Shown one piece after another: positions 1 to 10,616 of a stretch of 64,000 bases of DNA (position 1 is its first letter; every line of letters begins with the position of its first letter). This DNA comes from a virus. The stretch spans positions 11,563 to 75,562 of the IMG/VR virus record IMGVR_UViG_3300042310_000541. One strand, given 5' to 3'. The position numbers and the translations under genes are program-made. The notes beneath the pieces were generated by a model that ran no database searches, was not told the origin of the DNA, and saw only the letters and a list, made by a program, of their open reading frames with translations.

Positions 1-2
1 AG

Positions 3-338
3 GTTGCAATAATTGAAACCAGTCATGTAGAGTTGAATAAATTATCAATTGATCCATTCAACAAACCTGAAGCAAGTTCAGATGCCGGAGTATTTAGATT
101 GAGAGTAGATGAATTTAAGCATGAATTAATAACTGATGGAACATTTGGAGTTATAAATTATAAATTGAGATATATAAAAAAACCTCAGGCAATAGATTTA
201 ACAAACAATTTAACATTACAAGTTTCAGAATTATCTGATATAGTTCATTCAGAATTACTTCAAGAAACAATAAATGAATTGCTTAAAGATACAGACAATC
301 CAAGATTACAAGCAGAAGTACAAACAATTAACGAGTAA
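3..338 (+). CDS. 3' part of a crAss-like head-tail ring/structural protein (gene 75-like), truncated by the window edge
   Basis: Frame is open from position 3. YKLRYIKKPQAI..L......SEL...VH.E motif; lies directly before a gene-74-like ORF, as in crAss-like gene order. Confidence 0.6.
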   Translation, partial: VAIIETSHVELNKLSIDPFNKPEASSDAGVFRLRVDEFKHELITDGTFGVINYKLRYIKKPQAIDLTNNLTLQVSELSDIVHSELLQETINELLKDTDNPRLQAEVQTINE

Positions 339-370
339 ACCCAATTATTAACTAAATATTTAAAAATAAA

Positions 371-1726
371 ATGATCGCAAGTCAAAACAACATCAAAATC
401 CTATTATTAGGTGACAATTTAGTAGTAGGCAGTTTGCCTGCAGCTGGAACACAATTAACTCCAGACAACATGGTATCAGGTGCAATTTGTTTAGCTGATG
501 CAGCTGGCAAAAGAATAGTAGCAGCTGATATTACAGCAAAAACAGGAAAATACAAAATTGTTCAAGGTCAAGGAGCAGGACTTCCTTTAATCAGTTCAGA
601 TTTGATTGACTTTTCAAGCAATCAAACAGTTGTAAACTTTAAAAACAATGTACCTTCAGTAGAACAAGTTTCTTATGTAGGATATGCTGGAGGTAACACT
701 GTATCAGGTACAGATGATTTACCAGCAGTTCCAACACTAGAAACAGGATTTGATGGTGATGTTGTGTTTGTAGATTTCAACACAAGTGGTAACAGACAGA
801 TTAGAAAGAAATTTCTTTATGTTGCAACAACTGCTGCTTTAGGTGAAACTAAATCTAACATTGCAAATCAGCTTTGTATCAGTGCAACTAATGTAATCAG
901 TAAAATGATTGAAAAGCCTTACAAAGTAGAAAGAGTTTCTAACAATACAGGAACACCTAATACAATTACAGCAGGAGCTGTTGCAACTCATTACACCTTT
1001 ATTAAAGGGTCTAGTATTGTAGCTGGAACAAACAGTTCAGGGGTTCCAGTAGTAGGAACAACTGAAGTAAATGCAACTATTGTTGCCGGTGATTATGTAA
1101 GACCTGGAACAGCAGTTACAGATGCAGTTTATAATTTAACAGCAGTAACTTCAGGAACAGCTTCAACAGCAATGACATTGACTTTAGATCAACCATTCCA
1201 AGGTGAAACAGTTTCAATTGCAATTGGATCTACAGAGTATATTACTGCAGCTAACTTTGAAGCAAGTAAAAAAGGTTTAAAGTTTACTGGTATTGCTAAG
1301 ACTTATATTCCTCAAGTAATGCGTGGTTTTGAAAAAGTAAGATTTACTTTTGATCTATCTAGTACTTTTGGTTTAACTGGTAAGACTTATGTAACACCTG
1401 CTTTAGAAGGAACTGGAACTTATAATCAAATTGCTGAACTTGAAAGATTTAGTCAAATTAATCAAGGAAACAGATATACATCTTACAACCCTCCAACTGT
1501 TTATATCAGCAATGCACTTCTTTATGATCCTTCAAAAGCAGGATTTAACACTTTCTCATTATCATTTACTTATACTGACAACAATGGATTTGTTAACAAG
1601 AATGTATTTAACAAAGAATTGTTAATTGCAGGTGTAAAGAGCAATAACACACAGTTTACTGATACAAATGGTTTGTTTACTTTGTTGCAAACATTGTCAG
1701 GAACTACTTTTAACGCTTGGACTTAA
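371..1726 (+). CDS. Virion structural protein, probable auxiliary capsid protein (crAss gene 74-like)
   Basis: 451 aa, T/G/A/V-rich and beta-like; C-terminal EGTGTYNQIAELE motif; A-rich start context; followed by a strong terminator, consistent with high expression. Confidence 0.6.
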   Translation: MIASQNNIKILLLGDNLVVGSLPAAGTQLTPDNMVSGAICLADAAGKRIVAADITAKTGKYKIVQGQGAGLPLISSDLIDFSSNQTVVNFKNNVPSVEQVSYVGYAGGNTVSGTDDLPAVPTLETGFDGDVVFVDFNTSGNRQIRKKFLYVATTAALGETKSNIANQLCISATNVISKMIEKPYKVERVSNNTGTPNTITAGAVATHYTFIKGSSIVAGTNSSGVPVVGTTEVNATIVAGDYVRPGTAVTDAVYNLTAVTSGTASTAMTLTLDQPFQGETVSIAIGSTEYITAANFEASKKGLKFTGIAKTYIPQVMRGFEKVRFTFDLSSTFGLTGKTYVTPALEGTGTYNQIAELERFSQINQGNRYTSYNPPTVYISNALLYDPSKAGFNTFSLSFTYTDNNGFVNKNVFNKELLIAGVKSNNTQFTDTNGLFTLLQTLSGTTFNAWT

Positions 1727-1758
1727 TCAAAGATAAGTAATTAATTAAAAATTAAAGG

Positions 1759-1800
1759 GCTATGATGCTAAAACACAATAGCGTCATAGCTTTTTTTATT
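1759..1800 (+). terminator. Rho-independent terminator
   Basis: GCTATGATGCTA (1759-1770) pairs with TAGCGTCATAGC (1779-1790), one G-U pair, followed by TTTTTTTATT. Confidence 0.85.
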
Positions 1801-1992
1801 TTAAATCAATCTAATTATAATTATGAATTAATAAAAATAATAGAAGATAACAGGGGTAATAATATAAAAGCTTCAGAAAGAATAAGTAGATTAGAAAAAT
1901 ATATTCATAATAAATTAATAAAACACCAGTATATTCCTAAAATTAAATTTGATGGCAATACAGAATGTTTTTCACTTTTAAATTTAAATTAA
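1801..1992 (+). pseudogene. Relic C-terminal fragment of a GIY-YIG-superfamily (T5orf172-like) homing endonuclease
   Basis: LEKYIHNKL...YIPKIKFDGNTECF resembles the C-terminus of this family; the N-terminal half is absent and the nominal ATG (1762) lies inside the terminator stem. Confidence 0.55.
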
Positions 1993-1993
1993 T

Positions 1994-2566
1994 ATGGCTT
2001 TAAAATTAAAAATAGATGCTTGTGCTAAGAATTGTAAATACTTTTTATTTACAGAATTAACAGGAGCTTACAATGCCTTAACAAATACAACAGGATATGG
2101 AGCACCTAATCCTACTGTTGGATCTGCAACATCTGCTGTATTAACAGTAACAGATCCAGATGGAACTGAAACAGTAATAGATTTATTTGATACTTCAGTA
2201 TTTCCAAATAGCACTGAGTCAGGTATAAACATACTAAATACTCAATTAGGTTATGATCAATCAGATAAGTTAAATACAGGAATATGGGAATTTAATTATG
2301 TAGTTGTAACTCCTCAAGGAACTTACACTAAAAATCTAAAGACTTTAATTGCTTGTAAAATACAATGTGAGATAGATGACTTAAAATTACAATTAATAAA
2401 CAATTGTAATGCAGTTGAAAAGATTACATTGTTCAATAAAATAAAAGAACTTGAAATGCTTTTAATGGCTGCTGAAGCTGCAGCTAAATGTGGAAACTAT
2501 ACACAAACAATGACACTAGTTGATTCTTTAACTGACTTTATAGCAAACAATGATTGTGGTTGCTAA
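1994..2566 (+). CDS. Virion tail hub/structural protein (crAss gene 73-like), Cys-rich
   Basis: 190 aa; TGAY....NTTGYGAPN, GIWEFNY, helical C-terminus ending DCGC; position in the structural module. Confidence 0.55.
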   Translation: MALKLKIDACAKNCKYFLFTELTGAYNALTNTTGYGAPNPTVGSATSAVLTVTDPDGTETVIDLFDTSVFPNSTESGINILNTQLGYDQSDKLNTGIWEFNYVVVTPQGTYTKNLKTLIACKIQCEIDDLKLQLINNCNAVEKITLFNKIKELEMLLMAAEAAAKCGNYTQTMTLVDSLTDFIANNDCGC

Positions 2567-2595
2567 TTTAAATAACAATAATAATAATTATAATA

Positions 2596-3645
2596 ATGGC
2601 TTGTACAGATTGTAATGATGTAGATATAAATACTGGTCCAGATGGCTATAATGGTTGGTCACCTATTTTAGCATTAGTAAAAAGTACTTGTAGTGGAGAT
2701 GATGTTACAGTGCATAGATTAATTAGTTGGACAGGTGGTACTGGCACAAGGCCTGAGTATTTAGGCGATATAATGACAGATGCCTTTTTATTGACGACTC
2801 CTATTTATTTAGGAAATTCTGGCTTTGTAACCAACATTTGTAGTGCAACTAATTTAAAACCTGCTGATGGTACTCCTGGTACTCCTGGTAGCGATGCTAG
2901 CATTACAGTAGAAGAAATAAATGGAACTCCAACAGGAACTCCATCAATAGTTAAATTTGGACCAAACACTATTACATATAGTGGAACGGGAAATAATACT
3001 GCTACTTATGATCCAACAGGAGATTGGATTAATATAGCTTATACAGGTGGTGATATTATAAATGCTGATTCAAATCCATTTTACACATCAACTCGTTGTA
3101 ATGCAATAGGTTCAGTTATTCCGCTTGCTGCTTTTCAGCCTTATAAAGGAGATGGTGCAGTATATACAGGATATTCCTCCAATGCTTCTTTCAGAAGATT
3201 AAAGTATAAGATAAATGATGATAAGACTATTACCATAGCAGGAAATCTGATAGCTACTTTTTCAGGTACAACAACATTAAATATGGTAAGTAATTCAACA
3301 GGCGGCATTTCTGGTGATGTACCTGAGCCAGTGGATCACTTTTTTATAAGGAATTGTTTGCTAAATTTTCAATTTAAAAATACTTCTAATGTAATTACTC
3401 CTATTGCAGCCTTTGGAACAACTGTACAGCAATTTAAATGTACTTTAGTTTTATACGAAGGTAATGGTAAAAATGTAGTTATTAATTCTTTAAAATTTAT
3501 AGGTATATACGAAGGTTTAGTTAATCTATATAATTCAGCTATTCAAGTAAGTGGCTTTGAAAGAATATCAGGTTTGACTTTTGCATCAACTTATTCATTA
3601 GGAATTATTATAGAACATACCTTTTCACAAAGAATTGGTGCTTAA
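2596..3645 (+). CDS. Tail fibre-like protein
   Basis: 349 aa; N-terminal CxxC-ND/DGYNGWSP domain shared with the next gene; C-terminal domain shared with 4667..5596. Confidence 0.6.
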   Translation: MACTDCNDVDINTGPDGYNGWSPILALVKSTCSGDDVTVHRLISWTGGTGTRPEYLGDIMTDAFLLTTPIYLGNSGFVTNICSATNLKPADGTPGTPGSDASITVEEINGTPTGTPSIVKFGPNTITYSGTGNNTATYDPTGDWINIAYTGGDIINADSNPFYTSTRCNAIGSVIPLAAFQPYKGDGAVYTGYSSNASFRRLKYKINDDKTITIAGNLIATFSGTTTLNMVSNSTGGISGDVPEPVDHFFIRNCLLNFQFKNTSNVITPIAAFGTTVQQFKCTLVLYEGNGKNVVINSLKFIGIYEGLVNLYNSAIQVSGFERISGLTFASTYSLGIIIEHTFSQRIGA

Positions 3646-3663
3646 CAAAAAAAAATAAAATAA

Positions 3664-4665
3664 ATGTGCACAAATTGCAATGATATAGAAATAAATACAG
3701 TAACAGATGGATACAATGGCTGGTCACCAGAATTAGGTGTCAGCACAGATTGTACTGGTAAATCTGTTATAAGATTAATTAGTTGGATTCCAGGCTCAGG
3801 AGATAAGCCATCATTTAATGGTAACATTATGACTGACCAATATCTTATTGATAATCCAATTTACTTAGGCGTAAATGGATTTACAGATGCTTGTGATGAA
3901 GCTACAGATATAACAGGAGATGATGGCGCTGCTGGAACTACTGGTCCAACTGGAGAGCAAGGTAATGACGGAGCACCTGGAACTAATGGTTGTAATCCTA
4001 ATATTACTATTACTGCTCAAGTTTCAGGAGAAGGAGAAGTAAGACCTTACGATGTTACAGTTTTACCAATTGGAGAAGGAGCTCCTTGTAATCCAGAATA
4101 CAGTTTTATATTTCCAATAGAAATGATTACTGAGAATGCAGAGTTAACTACTGCTATTGATGCTGCTGTAGCATTAGCTATGTCTCCAGTAACTACAGTA
4201 ATAACTCCTACAATAGGTACAGGTATTGAATGGGATTTAAAATGCTCTGGTTCTGGAACTTTTATACTAGACACTAATTCTACTGATGGTAGTTTTATTT
4301 CTTATTCACAAATAGGTAATAAAATGACTATAAATTTTAATATAGCAATAGAATCAGATACTCCAGGTTCAGGTGTTTGGTTAGAAATGAAAATTCCAAA
4401 TGCTAAAACATCTAATGCTAATACATTAGGTACGTATAAAGAAATCAATTCAATAGCATTTTCTAGTAATCTTGGATATAGTCCTGTAGCTGATGGTAAT
4501 AATAGTTTTATAATTACAACAGATTCAATAACTTCAAGTAGTTATTTATTGATTGGTAGTACAAAATTACAAAGTGGTTTTAGTGGAAATACTGTACAAC
4601 AAATTTCATGTACAGGCTCAAGTATTTATAATTTTCAAGGTCAAATAACAATAACAACAGATTAA
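3664..4665 (+). CDS. Tail fibre-like protein with short collagen-like stretch
   Basis: 333 aa; paralogous N-terminus; G-X-Y run GDDGAAGTTGPTGEQGNDGAPGTNG; beta-rich C-terminus (YSQIGNKMTINF). Confidence 0.65.
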   Translation: MCTNCNDIEINTVTDGYNGWSPELGVSTDCTGKSVIRLISWIPGSGDKPSFNGNIMTDQYLIDNPIYLGVNGFTDACDEATDITGDDGAAGTTGPTGEQGNDGAPGTNGCNPNITITAQVSGEGEVRPYDVTVLPIGEGAPCNPEYSFIFPIEMITENAELTTAIDAAVALAMSPVTTVITPTIGTGIEWDLKCSGSGTFILDTNSTDGSFISYSQIGNKMTINFNIAIESDTPGSGVWLEMKIPNAKTSNANTLGTYKEINSIAFSSNLGYSPVADGNNSFIITTDSITSSSYLLIGSTKLQSGFSGNTVQQISCTGSSIYNFQGQITITTD

Positions 4666-4666
4666 A

Positions 4667-5596
4667 ATGATAGAAATAGTAATAAATTTTGAAGGGGCGA
4701 CAAAAACAATAGGTGACTTTGAAGGTAGATCTTTTGAAATAACAGGTACTGGTGCACTTACAGCAAATTACACAATAGCTACTAGCGCAGAATTAAATAC
4801 AGGATTAACATTCTTATTTTACTATAAAGGCCTTGTAAACAAAGCAGCTTATAACTTTAATATACTAGGTACTAATTTAACTGATTTACAATTAAGTAGA
4901 GAATCTACAATAGAAGCTGTTTACAATGGTACTAGTTGGGATTTAAATGTATATATTAATACAGTTAGTGATGACTGGGTAGCTGCATCAATTTCTGGTA
5001 CTTGGCAAAATATACCTTATGATGATGGAGATATTATTAACTCTGGTTCAACTACAGGTAGTTACACAAATACTGCTGGTACTGAGGGCGCTAATTACTT
5101 AGGTCAATGGAAAGCTTACAAAGGTACTGCTACTAACTATTCTAATGCAACACCTTCTAATAGAAGGTTAAAATATAGAAGGAATCTAGATGGTACTGTA
5201 CAAATTATGGGCCATTTAAGAAAACAATTTGCTGTACCTAGTGCTACTACTAGTATTAAATTAGATGATAGTTTATACTCTAATACAATTGTATCTCCTA
5301 CACAAGCTGTAGTTATGGATACTAAAGTATTGTGGTATTATGAATTGCCTAATCCTATATCAGATTTAGGAACTAATTTAATACAAGTTTTACCTTGTGA
5401 TTTATATGTAGAAGATACTACTGGTGATAATAATGATGTATTTTTTAGTAATAATAAAATATGGGTAGGTAAAGGTACATTAATGGTTTATAATACATTT
5501 ATAAGCTTATACTCAGCTGATACAATTACAGGATTAACAGCTAGCAGAAATTATACACTGTCAGCATTTATTAACACATCTTATATAGATTTATAG
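4667..5596 (+). CDS. Tail fibre-associated protein
   Basis: 309 aa; W.NI.Y..GDIIN...YKG...RRLKY domain homologous to 2596..3645. Confidence 0.55.
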   Translation: MIEIVINFEGATKTIGDFEGRSFEITGTGALTANYTIATSAELNTGLTFLFYYKGLVNKAAYNFNILGTNLTDLQLSRESTIEAVYNGTSWDLNVYINTVSDDWVAASISGTWQNIPYDDGDIINSGSTTGSYTNTAGTEGANYLGQWKAYKGTATNYSNATPSNRRLKYRRNLDGTVQIMGHLRKQFAVPSATTSIKLDDSLYSNTIVSPTQAVVMDTKVLWYYELPNPISDLGTNLIQVLPCDLYVEDTTGDNNDVFFSNNKIWVGKGTLMVYNTFISLYSADTITGLTASRNYTLSAFINTSYIDL

Positions 5597-5597
5597 A

Positions 5598-8252
5598 ATG
5601 ATATACACACAACAAGAGATAAATAATTTTTATTCAAAATACAGTTGCTGTTTTGCTTCATTAGCAACAGATTATATTAATAGTCTTGCTATTGGTGCTT
5701 TTGATTGTGGACAAAAACTAGATAAATTATTGCAATTTAAAAGTTATTTAGAAATACTTGAATGTTATAAAGTTGATACTTGTATAATTAATCAACCTTT
5801 AATAGGAACTTTTGGACCACAAATAGATTTACCAGAAGGAGCTTCAGCTCCTACAGTTTATTCGTTTTATAAAAATGAAGTTTTAATTTCAAATGCTTAT
5901 ACAATTGAAGATATTGTAAATTACTTTATTACTTTAGGATTTGGAAGTATAACTGATGTACCATTTTTTCAGCCTGACTTATATTTACCTTTAGTAGGTT
6001 GGGAAGCTGGTGATTATGATTATGCTACACAAGTATTATATACAACTAATCCATCTTTATTCTACACATTAAGTAATATAATAACAGCTACAATTAATCC
6101 GCCTAATTATACAGGTGAACCTTTATATGCTACTTATGGTGATATTCCAGATACTTATGATATTGTTTGGGAGGGAAGTGATTTTCATCCAACTATTACT
6201 TGGGGTAAATTAGTTTTAATAGAAGAAAATTGTGAAGAATATACAGAAGAAGAATTAAATTGTATTTCTAATGAAAATTTAGATACATTGTTATTTTGGA
6301 TGAAACAACAATGTTTGAATATAAAAAACAAGCCTACAATAACAGAAGTAGAATGTGTAGAAGTAAGTGAGAATGAATTTTCAATTTCAATAAATGATTC
6401 AATAACTATTGAAGCCGGAGATTCTATTGAAGTATCAAGGAATGGAAATATATATACAATAACTAATCCACTTCCAGATTTAGAAGTAACCATTGAAGCT
6501 GGAAATAATATAGTAGTAACAGGAACCTATCCTAATTTTACAATAACTGCTATTGGAGGTGCAGGAGGATCTGTTGATTGGGGAACTATTGGAGGAGATG
6601 TAATTGATCAAACAGATTTAATTACTTACTTAGAAGATAACTATTACCCATTAAATACTAATCCTGCTAGTTACTTAACAGAAAACTCTTTAATGGTTGA
6701 TGTAACCAATGCAGAGTTACTAGCAGAAATAACTGCAGCAACAATTGTAAAAGGAGTTATATATAGAGTAACAGATGCTACTGGAGGAGTTGTACAAGTT
6801 GTTGGGAGAGGCCCAGGTTTTCTTAATAAAGCTGCTTACAGAGAAGGTAAGGTAGATATATCAACAATACAAAAAATTGGTATTTATGGTACTTATGATC
6901 CTGTAGCAAATACTTTTTTAGAGCAAGGAAGAATAACTACGCAACCTACAGTTAATGAAGATGCTCAACATGGTTATTATGTAGGACAAGAATTAAAAAC
7001 TTTAGATACTGGATTAACTTATGTATGTACTGACAATACTAATACATCAGCTGTTTGGACTTTAGTTCCAGGAGGAGGCGGTTCTTTAGATTTAGAAGTA
7101 AATGGAACGCCAAATGTAGACCAAACACTTTTAAATTTAATCGAGGGAACAAACATTGATATAACAGACAATGGAATTGGCGGTGTAACAATAAACTCAT
7201 TAGCGGATAGATACTCAACATCGTCTAATTCAACTAATACTATTAACACTGGTAACGGAAAAATATTCACAGTTGATGCTAATTTAGCTTACATTCCATT
7301 GCAAGAAGTATTGATAGTTAATGACTCAACACATCATATGCACGGAACTGTAGCAAGTTATAGTGGCACTACACTTGTTGTTGATGTAAACTCTAAGACA
7401 GGTACTGGTAGTTTTAGTTCGTGGGTAATCAATCTTGATGGTGTGCCAGTTGATGCGATAACAGGAGTAGGAGTAAGCAATCAATTAGCTTACTTTACAA
7501 GTGGGCAAGTTGTAGCATCGTTAGATACTGCAACCTATCCATCGTTAACGGAATTGGCATTGGTTAAAGGTGTTAGTGGTAGTGCTATTCAAACGCAAAT
7601 CAATGGTAAGATTACCAACCCAATGACAACGGGTGGTGACATAATATACGGTGGTGTTTCTGGTGTTCCAACAAGATTAGCAGCAGGAACAAACGGACAT
7701 GTTTTAACATTAAGCAGTGGTTCACCTGTATGGGCTGCTAGTGGTGGAGGTGGTGGGGGTATGACAAATCCAATGACAAACAGTGGAGACATAATAATTG
7801 GTTCAACAAGTGGTTCACCAATTAGATTAGGAGCTGGCTCAAATGGTCAAGTTTTAAGTTTAGCATCTGGTTCACCTGTATGGTCTACAGAAAAAGGTTC
7901 ATTTGGAGTTACTTTTGATGGACAAGGAGGAGTAGTTTCAGTAGGAAAAACAGATTGGGTATCTATACCATATAACTGCACTATAACAGGATGGGAAATT
8001 ACAGCAGACCAAGTAGGTAATTGTGTTATTGATGTATGGAAAAGCACATTTGCTGCTTTCCCACCTACTGTTGCTAATAGTATAGCAGGATCAGAAAAGC
8101 CAACATTAGCAAGTGTTAGAACAAATAGCGATTTATCACTATTTCCTGCATGGGCAACAGTAACTGCTGGTGATTGCATTATGTTTTACGTTGAATCTTG
8201 TTCAACATTAACCAAAATAAATTTAATTGTTTATACAAATATAATAATATAA
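5598..8252 (+). CDS. Large mosaic tail fibre protein
   Basis: 884 aa; Cys-rich N-terminus; fibre-type motifs (WGTIGGD...QTDL, AGNNIVV, EGTNIDIT); Gly linkers; internal 150-nt duplication. Confidence 0.7.
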   Translation: MIYTQQEINNFYSKYSCCFASLATDYINSLAIGAFDCGQKLDKLLQFKSYLEILECYKVDTCIINQPLIGTFGPQIDLPEGASAPTVYSFYKNEVLISNAYTIEDIVNYFITLGFGSITDVPFFQPDLYLPLVGWEAGDYDYATQVLYTTNPSLFYTLSNIITATINPPNYTGEPLYATYGDIPDTYDIVWEGSDFHPTITWGKLVLIEENCEEYTEEELNCISNENLDTLLFWMKQQCLNIKNKPTITEVECVEVSENEFSISINDSITIEAGDSIEVSRNGNIYTITNPLPDLEVTIEAGNNIVVTGTYPNFTITAIGGAGGSVDWGTIGGDVIDQTDLITYLEDNYYPLNTNPASYLTENSLMVDVTNAELLAEITAATIVKGVIYRVTDATGGVVQVVGRGPGFLNKAAYREGKVDISTIQKIGIYGTYDPVANTFLEQGRITTQPTVNEDAQHGYYVGQELKTLDTGLTYVCTDNTNTSAVWTLVPGGGGSLDLEVNGTPNVDQTLLNLIEGTNIDITDNGIGGVTINSLADRYSTSSNSTNTINTGNGKIFTVDANLAYIPLQEVLIVNDSTHHMHGTVASYSGTTLVVDVNSKTGTGSFSSWVINLDGVPVDAITGVGVSNQLAYFTSGQVVASLDTATYPSLTELALVKGVSGSAIQTQINGKITNPMTTGGDIIYGGVSGVPTRLAAGTNGHVLTLSSGSPVWAASGGGGGGMTNPMTNSGDIIIGSTSGSPIRLGAGSNGQVLSLASGSPVWSTEKGSFGVTFDGQGGVVSVGKTDWVSIPYNCTITGWEITADQVGNCVIDVWKSTFAAFPPTVANSIAGSEKPTLASVRTNSDLSLFPAWATVTAGDCIMFYVESCSTLTKINLIVYTNIII
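7612..7890 (+). repeat. Degenerate tandem duplication, 150-nt period, in the tail fibre
   Basis: TNPMTTGGDIIYGG.SG.P.RL.AG.NG.VL.L.SGSPVW occurs twice; DNA anchors CCAATGACAA and TGGTTCACCTGTATGG recur 150 nt apart. Confidence 0.85.
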
Positions 8253-8256
8253 AAAT

Positions 8257-8502
8257 ATGACTTATAAAATTTTAAGTACTAGACAGGCTGATACAATTTT
8301 ATTTACTGAAGTTGAATACACTTTAGGAGAAACTACTATAATTGTTGAAATAGCACACTTTAACCCTAAATCAAAAGAAGAAGTTGAAGTAAATATTTTA
8401 AATAGGGCTGATTCTGAATTGCAAAATATTCAAATGACTCAACAAATAAAACAATTATTGCCAAGTATAGAACTAAACCAAATTAAAGATATAACTATCT
8501 AA
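8257..8502 (+). CDS. Small tail-associated protein (possible fibre chaperone)
   Basis: 81 aa; its stop overlaps the start of the next gene. Confidence 0.5.
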   Translation: MTYKILSTRQADTILFTEVEYTLGETTIIVEIAHFNPKSKEEVEVNILNRADSELQNIQMTQQIKQLLPSIELNQIKDITI

Positions 8503-10616
8503 TGGCTCATTATTTTAGGTTAACTGGTACAAATTGGGGAAATACAGGAGATTGGTCATCAACGCCTTCTCCTACATACACCCCGGTAGCTAATGTTCCT
8601 TCGGTTACTGATGATGTTATATTTGAGGCAGCTTCTGGTAATTGCATAGTAAATGGTATAAATAGAGTTTGCAAGACTATTAACTTTACAAATTATATAC
8701 ATGAGATCCAGATGACATTTAATATTACCGTTTCTGGTAATATTACTTTTGGAGCAAGTATGCAAGTTAATCCAATTGGTTCAGGAGCTATGATATGTGC
8801 TGTTACATCAACAATAATTACAAATGGATTTGTATGGCCAAACGCATTTAACTTTGGTGTGACAGGAATTTCTCAGACATACACATTAGCAGATAATATG
8901 GGGGTTAACGGATTAGTTACATGCGTAGGAACAACTGCATTAACAATCAATGGCGCATTTACGTTAACATGCAACGGAGGTTTAGTGTGTACAACAGCTA
9001 CCAGTGGAACAGCAACAATTAGATTAAGAGGAGGTAATTGGAGTGGAACTTGTAACAATACATTAAACTTAGACTCAACAGGAACTATTACATTAACAGG
9101 TAATATTGGTAGAGCATCAGGTACATTAACATGGGCTGCAGGAACTATTAATAATTCAGGAAACTATTCTTTGACGTATACTGGAGGATCTGTAAATGTT
9201 GGAAACAACATATTATGGTATAATATTACTTTAGGTACTAGTGCTGCTGTAACATTAGTTAATGATTTATATGCTACTGAAACTCTTTTTTTTGGTAATG
9301 GAGGAGGTGCTAATGGTGCTGCATACAAAATTTATTGTAATAGTTTACAACATAATAATAACACTAATAATATTATTGGATCAGCAACAATAGAGTTTAC
9401 AGGTGTAGGTACAGGTACTTGGTCTTCTAGTGGCTCATCGGTAGCTTTTGGTCAGCCAGTTATTATAAATAAAAGTGGCGGTACTTTAACAATAGCAGAT
9501 GGAAGAATACACGGGGTACTAACAGGTACTACTAGTTTAATGCACACTGCTGGAACTGTTATATGTTCTGGTACATATAGATCATATAATAGTACGCTTA
9601 CAACAAATGGAATGACATTTAATAACGTAAGTTTTGGTGCTGCTGGTTCAACTATAGCAGTTACATTAAACAATAATATGGATATAGCTGGTAATTTAAC
9701 TGTAACGTCAACCGCAGGTTTAACAATAAATAATAGCCAAATTAATTTAAACGGTTCGTTTATTAATAATATGACAGCTGCAAGCTCTGGAGGAACAACA
9801 ATTATTAATATGGTTTGGACAGGTAATATACAGACTACAGGGACACCTACAAACTGGACTAACCCGATAACAATTAACTCACCATCAGGAACAATAACTT
9901 GGTCAGGAACTAATGGATATAATGGAAATCTAATCTATACAGCAGGAACAATATTTTCAACTGGTTCTATATTAAATAGAAGTAGTGGAACAATGACAAT
10001 TAATGCAGTAGGTTTTAATTTAGCAACATTAAATTTATTAGGTTTTTGTCAATTTTTAGGAACAAATGGATTTACAATAAGAAGCTTAAACTGCACAACT
10101 GCTGGGGTTGTATCAAGATGGACTCCGACAAATGAGTATATAATTACAACAGCATTTAATAGTGGGCAAACAGATGGAGTTTCTAAAATTACTTATACAT
10201 CAACAAATAACGCAGTAATAACAGCTACATTTGCAACCTCTATTATGACAGTAAGTGCAGTTACTTCTGGTGTTATTTCAACAGGAGATACAGTATTTGG
10301 TGAAGGTGTAGGAACAGGAGTTACAATTTCTTCTCAGCTTACAGGAACACCAGGAGGCATTGGGACTTACAGTCTTTCTGCAGTAGTTGGCACGCTTACC
10401 CCAGGAAGAACAATTATTACATCACCCAATACACCATCTTATCCAAAAATAACTTTAACTAATGGTGCAACACAATCTTTATACTATACAAATGCAATTG
10501 ATGTAAATTCAAATAATGGTCAAACTATTTGGTCATTTGGATCAACCTTATTAAGAGCATTTAATTGGAATATAGGCACAAGACCTAATGGATTTAGTTT
10601 TGCTTGGGTACGTTAG
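8502..10616 (+). CDS. Tail spike / beta-solenoid receptor-binding protein
   Basis: 704 aa, very T/G/N/I-rich with few charged residues; N-terminal W....W...P...DDVIF motif typical of beta-helical adhesin-like proteins. Confidence 0.65.
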   Translation: MAHYFRLTGTNWGNTGDWSSTPSPTYTPVANVPSVTDDVIFEAASGNCIVNGINRVCKTINFTNYIHEIQMTFNITVSGNITFGASMQVNPIGSGAMICAVTSTIITNGFVWPNAFNFGVTGISQTYTLADNMGVNGLVTCVGTTALTINGAFTLTCNGGLVCTTATSGTATIRLRGGNWSGTCNNTLNLDSTGTITLTGNIGRASGTLTWAAGTINNSGNYSLTYTGGSVNVGNNILWYNITLGTSAAVTLVNDLYATETLFFGNGGGANGAAYKIYCNSLQHNNNTNNIIGSATIEFTGVGTGTWSSSGSSVAFGQPVIINKSGGTLTIADGRIHGVLTGTTSLMHTAGTVICSGTYRSYNSTLTTNGMTFNNVSFGAAGSTIAVTLNNNMDIAGNLTVTSTAGLTINNSQINLNGSFINNMTAASSGGTTIINMVWTGNIQTTGTPTNWTNPITINSPSGTITWSGTNGYNGNLIYTAGTIFSTGSILNRSSGTMTINAVGFNLATLNLLGFCQFLGTNGFTIRSLNCTTAGVVSRWTPTNEYIITTAFNSGQTDGVSKITYTSTNNAVITATFATSIMTVSAVTSGVISTGDTVFGEGVGTGVTISSQLTGTPGGIGTYSLSAVVGTLTPGRTIITSPNTPSYPKITLTNGATQSLYYTNAIDVNSNNGQTIWSFGSTLLRAFNWNIGTRPNGFSFAWVR

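Noticed and set aside
7612-7890. Diversity-generating retroelement TR/VR pair
   Set aside because: The copies differ at all base types, mostly synonymously, not only at adenines; no reverse transcriptase in the window.
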